DNA of 64,000 nt from an uncultured Actinomycetes bacterium (lineage in GTDB: Bacteria > Actinomycetota > Thermoleophilia > UBA2241). The stretch spans positions 137,826 to 201,825 of the forward strand of contig CAVWIH010000034.1 of assembly GCA_963755025.1 (NCBI GenBank), in the 5' to 3' direction. This document shows positions 50,446 through 59,049 of this stretch, piece after piece. A program made the position numbers and the translations under genes. Under the pieces are notes generated by a model that ran no database searches, was not told the origin of the DNA, and saw only the letters and a list, made by a program, of their open reading frames with translations. The stretch's first letter is position 1. Each line of letters begins with the position of its first letter.

Positions 50446-51797
50446 ACGCACCGCGCAAGCAGGCCGCGCCGCCCCGCAAGGCCGCAGCGCCGCGCAAGGG
50501 TCCGGCGTCGGCCATGCGGCTCGCCCTCGAGGGCTGCGGCCCCTCCGAGCTGCTGCCGGCGAGCCGCTTCGTCACCCTGCCGGACGGCGTCGAGCAGGCC
50601 GCCGGCACCGTCACGCACCCGCTCGGCTTTCGGGCCGCCGGCCTGCACGTCGGCCTCAAGCGCAGCGGCCAGCGCGACCTCGGCATCCTCATCTCCGACA
50701 AGCCCTGCTCGTCGGCGGTGCTGTTCACTACGAACGCCGCGGCGGCCGCGCCGGTGCGCCTCACGCGGGGCTCGTCGACCTGCGAGCGCCTGCGCGGCGT
50801 GGTCGTGAACTCGGGCAACGCCAACGCCTGCACCGGCAAGCGCGGCCTGGGCGACGCGGCGCGCATGCGCCTGGTCGCCGCCGACGCCCTGCGGCTGCCC
50901 CCCGAAGAGGTCGCCGTGGCCTCGACCGGGGTGATCGGCGTGCCACTGCCGATCGACCCCATCGTGAGCGGCATCGAGGCGACCGCCAAGGCGCTCGCCC
51001 CCGACGGCGGCCCCGACTTCGCCGCCGCCATCCGCACCACCGACCGCACGCCCAAGGCGGGGGCGCTCACCCTTCACCTCGACGGCGGCGAGGTGCGCAT
51101 AGGCCTGGCCGCCAAGGGCGCCGGCATGATCAGCCCGCGCATGGCGACCACGCTCTGCTTTGTGACGACCGACGCCGCCATACCGCAGCCGGCGCTCGAC
51201 GACCTGCTGCGCCGCGTCGTGGCGCGCACCTTCAACTCGATCACGGTCGACGGCCAGCAGTCGACCAACGACATGGTCCTCTGCCTGGCCAACGGCGCCT
51301 CGGGCGTCTCGGTGACGGGCCCCGCGCTGACCGTCTTCGAAGCGGCGCTCGAGGCCGCCATGCTGGCGCTCGCCGTGGCCCTGGTGGGCGACGGCGAAGG
51401 CTCGACGCACACGGTGCGCCTGGCCGTGGGCGGCGCCTGGGACGACGACGAGGCCGCCCTCGTGGCGCGCTCCATAGGCGACTCGCCGCTCGTCAAATGC
51501 GCCTTCTTCGGCGCCGACCCCAACTGGGGCCGCATCGTGCAGGCCGCCGGGCAGGTCGTAGGCTCCACGGCCGGCGCGCGCTTTCGCGTGGAGGTCGCCT
51601 ACGGCGAGGTCGAGGTGGTGCGCGACGGCGAGCCGGTCGAGCTCAGCGCGGCGCGCCGCCGCGCCCTGGCCGTCGTCATGGCCAAGCCCGAGATCGACCT
51701 GCGCCTCACCCTGCATCGCGGGCCCGGCGCCGCGACCGTCTACTTCAGCGACTTGAGCCACGAGTACGTGTCCGTCAACTCCGAAAGCACGAGCTAA
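50442..51797 (+). CDS. argJ: bifunctional glutamate N-acetyltransferase / amino-acid acetyltransferase
   Basis: GFRAAG, FTTN, NSGNANACTG, ASTGVIG, KGAGMISPRMAT, VDGQQSTND, DGEG, DPNWGR. Confidence 0.95.
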   Translation: MNAPRKQAAPPRKAAAPRKGPASAMRLALEGCGPSELLPASRFVTLPDGVEQAAGTVTHPLGFRAAGLHVGLKRSGQRDLGILISDKPCSSAVLFTTNAAAAAPVRLTRGSSTCERLRGVVVNSGNANACTGKRGLGDAARMRLVAADALRLPPEEVAVASTGVIGVPLPIDPIVSGIEATAKALAPDGGPDFAAAIRTTDRTPKAGALTLHLDGGEVRIGLAAKGAGMISPRMATTLCFVTTDAAIPQPALDDLLRRVVARTFNSITVDGQQSTNDMVLCLANGASGVSVTGPALTVFEAALEAAMLALAVALVGDGEGSTHTVRLAVGGAWDDDEAALVARSIGDSPLVKCAFFGADPNWGRIVQAAGQVVGSTAGARFRVEVAYGEVEVVRDGEPVELSAARRRALAVVMAKPEIDLRLTLHRGPGAATVYFSDLSHEYVSVNSESTS

Positions 51798-51809
51798 GAG
51801 GTGGCAACC

Positions 51810-52686
51810 ATGACCGCTCGCCATCAAAGGACAGTCCAGACCCTGATCGAGGCGCTGCCCTACATCCGCCGCTTCCAGGGCTCCACCATGGTCGTCAAAT
51901 ACGGCGGCGCCGCCATGACCAGCCCACAGCTGGCCGAGCAGTTCGCCAAAGACGTGGTGCTGCTCAAGCTGGTGGGTATGCGCCCCGTGATCGTGCACGG
52001 CGGCGGCCTCGAGATCACCCGCCAGATGAGCCGCCTCGGCATGGAGCCGGTCTTCGTCGACGGCCAGCGCGTCACCGACGCCGCCACCCTCGAGGTGGCC
52101 GGCATGGTGCTGGTCGGCAAGGTCAACACGCGACATCGTCGGCCTCATCAACAGCCACGGGGGCACCGCCGTGGGCCTCTCGGGCCAGGACGGCAGGCTC
52201 ATCCGCGCGCAGGTCAAGGAGCACCACGACCTCGAGGGCAACCTGCTCGACCTGGGCTTCGTGGGCTCGGTGAAGGGCATCGACACGACCGTGCTCGACC
52301 TGCTCACCGACGACATGATCCCCGTCGTGGCCAGCGTGGCCGCCGACGACTCGGGCCAGGTCTTCAACATCAACGCCGACACGGTGGCCGGCGAGCTGGC
52401 CGCCGCGGTCGGGGCCGAGAAGATCGTCTTTCTGACCGACGTGGGCGGCGTGCTCGAAGACGACGGTTTCGAGCAGACCGTGGTGAGCGAGTGCGACCTC
52501 GCCTACCTGGGCGCGCTGCAGGGCGCCGGCAAGATCACCGGCGGCATGCTGCCCAAGGTGGCCGCCGTGCGGCAGGCGCTGGGCGCCGGCGTGGCGAGCG
52601 CCCACATCGTCGACGGCCGCGTCGAGCACGCCGTGCTGCTCGAGGTGCTCACCGACGCCGGCTGCGGCACCAAGGTCGTCGCGTGA
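51810..52686 (+). CDS. argB: acetylglutamate kinase (frameshift near 52130)
   Basis: [43 protein letters not shown]. Confidence 0.95.
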
Positions 52687-52773
52687 GCGCGGTGAGCGCC
52701 ATCGCCGCCGCGCAGGAATGCTCCGGCGTGGGCGCGGCGCCCGATTGCCTATGCTCAAAAGGCGCGTTCGTCT

Positions 52774-52786
52774 TGTATAGTATGCA
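52774..52786 (+). promoter_or_regulatory. internal argR promoter -10 with ARG-box-like palindrome
   Basis: TGTATAGTATGCA containing TATAGT, in an AT-rich patch between argB and argR. Confidence 0.55.
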
Positions 52787-52850
52787 CGACATTCCTGCAT
52801 CTACGGGGGGCGCCCGGCCACTGCGGACCGGGGGCGGACAGGCGGGGGAC

Positions 52851-53345
52851 ATGACGGCAGCCACTGCCAGGAACAAGCGGAAGGCCATGAGTAAAGCCGA
52901 GCGTCACAGGCTGATCCAGACGGTCATCATGCAGCGCGAGGTGGCTACCCAGCGCGAGCTGGTCACCGCCTTGGGCTCGCTGGGCTGCGCGGTCACCCAG
53001 GCGACCGTCTCGCGCGACATCCGCGAGCTCGACCTGCAGAAGGTGCGCACGCACCTGGGGCGCGCCAAGTACGTGCTCTCGAGCCGCGAGCGCCCCAAAG
53101 ACCCCGAGCAAGCCGCCGGCCACGTGCTGCGCGACTTCGCGCGCTCGGCCGCCGTCGCCCAGAACCTCGTGGTGGTGCGCTGCGAGATCGGCACCGCCAC
53201 CACCGTCGCCCGCCAGATCGACAACCTGAACCACTCCGACGTGGTCGGCACGCTGGCCGGCGACGACACGTTCCTGATCATCGTCAAAGACCACGCCACG
53301 GCCCTCGAGATGCAGCGCTATATCGACCGTCTCCGAGAGGCCTAG
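52851..53345 (+). CDS. argR: arginine repressor
   Basis: TQRELV...[30 protein letters not shown]. Confidence 0.95.
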   Translation: MTAATARNKRKAMSKAERHRLIQTVIMQREVATQRELVTALGSLGCAVTQATVSRDIRELDLQKVRTHLGRAKYVLSSRERPKDPEQAAGHVLRDFARSAAVAQNLVVVRCEIGTATTVARQIDNLNHSDVVGTLAGDDTFLIIVKDHATALEMQRYIDRLREA

Positions 53346-53402
53346 CGCGCAGGCACCTCTCTCGCGCGCACGCTAGCCGGCCGTCGGCGCACCCGTCGTG
53401 GG

Positions 53403-53477
53403 GCGCGGCGCCGGGCGGCGGCTCGAAAGAGCCGCCGCCCGGCGCCGCGCAGACCCCGCGGCGAGCCTTCGCCGCGG
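53403..53477. other. perfect 22-bp GAAA-capped hairpin plus a second 9-bp hairpin between argR and argG
   Basis: GCGCGGCGCCGGGCGGCGGCTC-gaaa-GAGCCGCCGCCCGGCGCCGCGC, then CCGCGGCGA-gcct-TCGCCGCGG. Confidence 0.8.
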
Positions 53478-53530
53478 CGCTCGCCGTTTCGTTCTCGTTC
53501 GCATCTTTTCGACAGACAAGGGAGCATCAG

Positions 53531-54745
53531 TTGAGCAAGATCATCGTCCTCGCATACTCCGGCGGTCTCGACACGACCGCCATGATCCCCTACTTGAAGG
53601 AACACCACGACGCCGACGTGGTGGCCATGCTGGTCGACGCCGGCCGCGTGACCGGCATCGACAAGCTCATGGAGCGCGCCAAGGCGGCCGGCGCCGTCGA
53701 CGCCGTGGTGGTCGACGCCAAGGAGGAGTTCGCCCAGCAGTACGTGCTGCCCGCCCTCATGGCCAACGCCCTCTACGAAGAGAAGTACCCGCTGGTGAGC
53801 GCGCTCTCGCGGCCGCTGATCGCCCGCAAGCTGGTCGAGGTCGCGCACCGCTACGGGGCCGCGGCGGTAGCCCACGGCTGCACCGGCAAGGGCAACGACC
53901 AGGTGCGCGTCGAGATCGGCGTGCGCAGCCAGGATCCGCACCTCGAGTGCCTGGCGCCGGCCCGCGACTGGGGCATGAGCCGCGAAGAGCTGCTCGACTA
54001 CTGCGCGGCGCGCAAGCTGCCCGTGCCGCTCACCAAAAAGAGCCCCTACTCGATCGACGAGAACCTCTGGGGACGCACCAACGAGTGCGGCCTGCTCGAA
54101 GACCCCTGGGTGGCGCCTCCCGAAGACGCCTTCGAGGTCACGGTGAGCGCCGAGGCCGCGCCCGACCAGGCGCAGCTGGTCGAGGTCGGCTTCGAGCGCG
54201 GCGTGCCGGTGAGCCTCGACGGCGACGAGATGGGCCTGGTCACGCTGATCGGCGCCATCGACGCCATCGGCGGCGCCCACGGCTTTGGCCGCGTCGACAT
54301 GATCGAGAACCGCCTGGTCGGCATCAAGAGCCGCGAGATCTACGAGGTGCCGGGGGCGCTCGCCCTGATCTGCGCCCACAAGGAGCTCGAAGACCTCGTG
54401 CTCACACGCGACCTCATCCACTTCAAGCGCACGATCGAGGCCAAGCTCGCCGACATGATCTACGAGGGCCAGTGGTTCGACCCGCTGACCGAAGCCTGCA
54501 AGGCCTTCCTGTTCTCCACCCAGGAGCGCGTCTCGGGCGCCATCAGGCTGCGCTTCTACAAGGGCACCTGCACGGCCGAGGGACGCCGCTCAAAGAACAC
54601 GCTCTACAACTACAAGCTGGCGACCTACTCCAAAGAAGACGAGTTCTCGCACACCGCGGCGGCCGGCTTCACCGAGCTCTGGGGCCTGCCCATCGAGATG
54701 TGGGCGCGCGTCGGCAAGGAGATCGCCCTCGAAGCCAGCAAGTGA
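53531..54745 (+). CDS. argG: argininosuccinate synthase
   Basis: VLAYSGGLDT, HGCTGKGNDQVR, YSIDENLWGR, ENRLVGIKSREIYE. Confidence 0.97.
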   Translation: MSKIIVLAYSGGLDTTAMIPYLKEHHDADVVAMLVDAGRVTGIDKLMERAKAAGAVDAVVVDAKEEFAQQYVLPALMANALYEEKYPLVSALSRPLIARKLVEVAHRYGAAAVAHGCTGKGNDQVRVEIGVRSQDPHLECLAPARDWGMSREELLDYCAARKLPVPLTKKSPYSIDENLWGRTNECGLLEDPWVAPPEDAFEVTVSAEAAPDQAQLVEVGFERGVPVSLDGDEMGLVTLIGAIDAIGGAHGFGRVDMIENRLVGIKSREIYEVPGALALICAHKELEDLVLTRDLIHFKRTIEAKLADMIYEGQWFDPLTEACKAFLFSTQERVSGAIRLRFYKGTCTAEGRRSKNTLYNYKLATYSKEDEFSHTAAAGFTELWGLPIEMWARVGKEIALEASK

Positions 54746-54749
54746 GGCG

Positions 54750-54941
54750 GCGCCCGGCGGCGGGCAGACGGTAAGGGGAGAGGCGCCGGGCGCCAAAGCG
54801 CCCGGCGCCGGAAGTCGCCCGCCGGTGGCCGGGCGCGCGAGCGCCCGGCCGGCCGGCGAGAACGAACGAGGCGTCCGGGCGCACGAGCGCCCGGTGAGCG
54901 GTCGAGAGGCAAACGGGGCGTCCGGGCGCACGGGCGCCCGG
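54750..54941. repeat. array of CCGGGCGC-N4-GCGCCCGG hairpins (four full copies plus one half), period 43-48 nt
   Basis: Cores at 54786-54805 (loop CAAA), 54829-54848 (GCGA), 54875-54894 (ACGA), 54922-54941 (ACGG); half copy at 54750-54757. Confidence 0.85.
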
Positions 54942-54966
54942 CGGGTGCAAGGCTGAAGGAGAGACG

Positions 54967-56340
54967 ATGAGCAAGGCGAGGTCGGGACGGTTCGCAGGTG
55001 AGCGCTCGGCGGCGTTCGTGGCCCTGAACTCGTCGCTTGCGCTCGACTGGCGGCTGTGGCCCGAAGACATCGAGGGCTCGGCGGCGCACGCCCACGCGCT
55101 GCAGCGCGCGGGCGTCGTCACCGCCGCCGAGCTTGGCGCCATCGAAGAGGGCCTCGCCCGGGTGGCCGCCGAGATCGAGTCGGGCGCCTTCGCGCCCGAC
55201 GACTCAGACGAAGACGTGCACATGGCGATCGAGCGCCGCCTGACCGAGCTCTGCGGCGCGCCGGGAGCGAAGCTCCATACGGCGCGCAGCCGCAACGACC
55301 AGGTCGTGACCGACGTACGGCTCCACCTGCGGCGCGTGATCTCAGGCCAGCGCGAGGCCCTGCGCGAGCTCCAGGAGCTGTTGCTGGCCCGCGCCCAGCC
55401 GCACATCGAGTCGGTCATGCCCGCCTACACCCACCTGCAGCGCGCCCAGGTGACCTCGCTCGCCCAGCACCTGCTCGCCTGGTTCTGGATGCTCGAGCGC
55501 GACCGCGACCGCTTTGCCCTCGCCCTCGACGCCTGCCTCGAGCTGCCGCTGGGCGCCGGCGCCGCGGTCGGCCTGAACTACGACCTCGACCGCGCCGCCG
55601 TGGCCGCCGAGCTGGGCTTCGAGCGCGTCTCGCCCAACTCGCTCGACGCCGTCGCCGACCGCGACTTCGCCGTCGACTACCTCGCCGCCGCGGCGTCCCT
55701 GAGCAGCCATCTCAGCCGCATCGGCGCCGAGCTCGTGCTGTGGGCGACCGCCGAGTTCGGCTACATCTCCCTGCCCGACGCGGTGAGCGGCGGCTCGAGC
55801 ATCATGCCGCAGAAGCGCAACCCCGACGCCGCCGAGCTCATGCGCGCGGCCGGGCCCCGGGTGGCCGCCGACCTGCAGGGCCTGCTGGCCACGCTGCACG
55901 GCCTGCCGCTCGCCTACAACACCGACCTGCGCGAGGACAAGCGCTACCTGTTCGACGCCGTCGACTGTCTCGACGCGCTGCTGCCGGTGGTTCGCGAGCT
56001 CCTCGCCGACGTGGCCTTCGACACGGGCCGCATGTCCGCCGCCTGCGGCTCGTTCCTCATGGCCACCGACGTCGCCGACGAGCTCGTCGCCCAGGGCCTG
56101 CCGTTCCGCGAGGCCCACCACGTGACCGGCGCCCTCGTGCGGCGCTGCCTCGACCTGGGCTGCGAGCTCGGCGAGCTGCCGGCCGCCGAGCTCGACGCGC
56201 TCCTGCCGGCCCTGAACACCGACGTGAGCGCGCTGGTCGACGCCCAGCGCTCGCTGGCCGCCAAGGTGAGCTACGGCGGGTCGGCGCCCGCCCGCGTGCG
56301 CGAGCAGCTCGCCCTGGCGCGCGAGGCGCTCCAGACGTAG
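54967..56340 (+). CDS. argH: argininosuccinate lyase
   Basis: GRF, EDVHMAIE, LHTARSRNDQV, MPAYTHLQRAQ, GSSIMPQKRNPD, GLPLAYNTDL. Confidence 0.97.
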   Translation: MSKARSGRFAGERSAAFVALNSSLALDWRLWPEDIEGSAAHAHALQRAGVVTAAELGAIEEGLARVAAEIESGAFAPDDSDEDVHMAIERRLTELCGAPGAKLHTARSRNDQVVTDVRLHLRRVISGQREALRELQELLLARAQPHIESVMPAYTHLQRAQVTSLAQHLLAWFWMLERDRDRFALALDACLELPLGAGAAVGLNYDLDRAAVAAELGFERVSPNSLDAVADRDFAVDYLAAAASLSSHLSRIGAELVLWATAEFGYISLPDAVSGGSSIMPQKRNPDAAELMRAAGPRVAADLQGLLATLHGLPLAYNTDLREDKRYLFDAVDCLDALLPVVRELLADVAFDTGRMSAACGSFLMATDVADELVAQGLPFREAHHVTGALVRRCLDLGCELGELPAAELDALLPALNTDVSALVDAQRSLAAKVSYGGSAPARVREQLALAREALQT

Positions 56341-56355
56341 GGGAGACGGCGCGAA

Positions 56356-57071
56356 GTGTCATCGACTGGTTCGCATGAGCACACGCCGACCGCCCTGATC
56401 GTCGGGGCGTCGCGTGGTCTCGGCCACGCGCTGGCGGCCGAGTTTGTCGTCAGAGGGTGGAACGTCGTCGGCACGGTCCGCGACACCACGGCTCGGACGC
56501 CCTTGCACGATCTGGCGGAGCGCTCTAGCGGACGCGTCTGCGTCGAGCAGCTCGACGTCAACGAGCCCACTCAGCTGGCGCCCCTGCACGAGCGCCTCGC
56601 GCAGCGGCGGCTCGACGTGCTGTTCGTGAGCGCGGGGATCACGAACAACGAGCAGACGCCGATCGGCGCCGTCTCCACGACCGACTTCATCGAGGTGATG
56701 GTCACGAACGCGCTGAGCCCGCTGCGCGTCATCGACGCTCTCCAGGACCTCGTGACCCCGACCGGGCTTATCGGGGCGATGTCGTCCGGGCAGGGCAGCA
56801 TCACGAACAACACGACCGGCATGCGCGAGGTCTACCGGGCCAGCAAGGCGGCGTTAAACATGAACATGCGCAGTTTCGCGGCCCGGCAGGCCGAGACGCA
56901 GCGCGCGCTCGTGCTCATGGCGCCCGGCTGGGTGCGCACCGACCTGGAGGGCCGGACGCGCCGTTCGCCATCGACGAGAGCATCCCACGGGTGGTCGACG
57001 TTCTGCTGTCGAGGATGGGCCGGCCCGGCCTCGCGTATCTGGACCGTTTCGGTCAGACCGTGCCGTGGTGA
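56356..57071 (+). CDS. short-chain dehydrogenase (CsgA-like), frameshift near 56950
   Basis: ALIVGASRGLG, YRASKAALN, MAPGWVRTDL; C-terminus ...GQTVPW lies in the shifted frame. Confidence 0.9.
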
Positions 57072-57911
57072 AGCCTGACAGCTGCGACCCCGTGCGCGAC
57101 GCCCCGCCTGGAGGCGGCCCCGTGCGCGACGCCGCCTGGAGGCGGCCCCGTGCGCGACGCCCCGCCTGGGGGCGTCCCCGTGGGCGACGCGCTGCCGTGC
57201 GCCTTCTTCGGGCGACCGGTCGTCGAGGTCGCCCACGACCTGCTGGGCTGCACCTTTCTGTACGGCGGGGTCGGCGGCCGCGTGGTCGAGGTCGAGGCCT
57301 ACCGCAACGACGACCCGGCCAGCCACACCTACCGCGGCCGCACGCCGCGCAACGCCGTCATGTTCGGACCACCGGGGCGCCTCTACGTCTACTTCACGAT
57401 GGGCCTGCACTTCTGCGTGAACGTCGTCTGCCAGGGCGAGGGCGAGGCCGCCGCCATCCTGCTGCGCGCCCTCGAGCCGACGGTGGGCCTCGAGACCATG
57501 CGCGCGCGCCGCGGGCTGACGGCGCCCCGCCAGCTGTGCAGCGGACCGGCCAAGCTCACCCAGGCGCTCGGCATCACGCGGCGCGACAACGGCGTCCGTG
57601 CCTGCGCTGACGACGAGGGCGGCGACGTCCGCGACGGCGACGGCGCCGGCGCCGCGGGCGGTTTCGGCGCCGCTGCGAGTGAAGCCAGCGGCGCGAACGG
57701 CCCGAGCGTCGCCGGGACACGGACCGTCGCCTGCTTTCTGCCGCGCGAGGGCGTCGCGGCGGCAGAGCCCGGGGAGTGGGGGAGCCACGCGCCGCGCATC
57801 GTGGCGACGCCGCGCATCGGCGTCACCTCGGCGGCCGACACGCCCTGGCGCTTCGTCGACGGCGACAGCCCGTTCCTCTCGCGCCCGCTGCCCCGCGTCG
57901 GCAGATCGTGA
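57068..57911 (+). CDS. mpg: DNA-3-methyladenine glycosylase (AAG/MPG) with repeat N-terminus
   Basis: VEVEAY, DPASH, MFGPPGRLYVYF, LLRALEP, CSGPAKLTQALGI, PRIGV, PWRF. Confidence 0.92.
57089..57190. repeat. 30 bp tandem repeat x3.5 (encodes PVRDAPPGGG)
   Basis: CCCGTGCGCGACGCCCCGCCTGGAGGCGGC; the second copy is 2 nt short. Confidence 0.9.
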
Positions 57912-58071
57912 GCGCGCCGTGCGCCGCGCTCTCCTCGCGCAGTAGCGGCTTTGCCGGCGTTTCTCGCCGCAGCGGACTGAGTACAACAGAACCGGTTATA
58001 CAATGGGCCCCAGGCCAGAGCGGTCGGCGTCGGGCTCACGGCCGCGCAGGCGACCCACGAAAGGAACTCAC

Positions 58072-59049
58072 GTGAAGCTACGAGAGATGTACGAGACCGC
58101 GATCCGCATGGGCATCGAAGCCGATCCCCGGGGCCGCGAGCTCGTCGAGCGCTCGCTTGCCACGGTCAAGCGGCGCTACGAGGCGCTCCCCGACTACCTC
58201 AAGGAGATCTTCGACCCCGAGGAGCTGACCAACCCCTACATCGACACGCGCGTCTACGTGGGCGACGCCGACGCCGAGGTGACCTCGCTCATCGCCGGTA
58301 TCGACATGAACGTCGGCGAGGTGCTGCTGGCCGACCGGCTGCGCGACAAGGGCCGCCGCATCGACGCCATCTACACCCACCATCCCGAGGGCATGGCGCT
58401 CTCCAAGCTCGACCGCGTCATGGAGATGCAGGCCGAGATCTGGGAGACCTGGGGCGTGCCGATCAACGTCGGCGAGTCGGTCATGGACGAGCGTCGCGTC
58501 GAGGTGCGGCGCCGCTTCATGCCCATGAACGTCGACCAGGCGATCGACGCGGCCGCGCTGCTCGACATCCCCTTCTTCTCGGCCCATACGCCCACCGACA
58601 ACATGGTCACGGCCTATCTCACGCGCTTTCTCGCCGAACGCGAGCCGCTGCTGGTCGACGACGTGCGGCGCGCCCTGTTCGACGTGCCCGAGTACCGCCG
58701 CGCGGCGGCCAAGGGAGCCGGGCCGTACGTGCTCGAAGAGAAGGCCGGCAAGCGCGCCGGCAAGGTCTGGGTCGACATGACGGGCGGCACCGAGGGCCCG
58801 GCGGCGGTCATGGAGAAGCTCGCCGACCACGGCGTCGGCACCATCGTCGGCATGCACATGAGCCCCGACCTGCGCAAGGTCGCCGAAGACAACCACATCC
58901 ACGTGGTGATCGCCGGCCACATCTCGAGCGACTCCGTGGGCATCAACCTGCTGATGGACGAATACGAGCGCCAGGGCGTCGAGATCGTGCCGACCTCCGG
59001 CCTCATCCGCGTACGGCGCGACGCGGAGTGGAAGCTGCTCGCCGACTGA
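58072..59049 (+). CDS. NIF3 (DUF34)-like metal-binding protein, Clostridia-type
   Basis: GIEADPRG, NPYIDTR, AGIDM, HHPEG, HTPTDN, VDMTGGTEG, GMHM, AGHISSDSVG; AAAGGA SD before GTG. Confidence 0.85.
   Translation: MKLREMYETAIRMGIEADPRGRELVERSLATVKRRYEALPDYLKEIFDPEELTNPYIDTRVYVGDADAEVTSLIAGIDMNVGEVLLADRLRDKGRRIDAIYTHHPEGMALSKLDRVMEMQAEIWETWGVPINVGESVMDERRVEVRRRFMPMNVDQAIDAAALLDIPFFSAHTPTDNMVTAYLTRFLAEREPLLVDDVRRALFDVPEYRRAAAKGAGPYVLEEKAGKRAGKVWVDMTGGTEGPAAVMEKLADHGVGTIVGMHMSPDLRKVAEDNHIHVVIAGHISSDSVGINLLMDEYERQGVEIVPTSGLIRVRRDAEWKLLAD

Noticed and set aside
54750-54941. CRISPR array
   Set aside because: The repeat core is only 20 nt with variable loops, spacers are 23-27 nt and partly similar to one another, and there is no leader or cas gene in the window.
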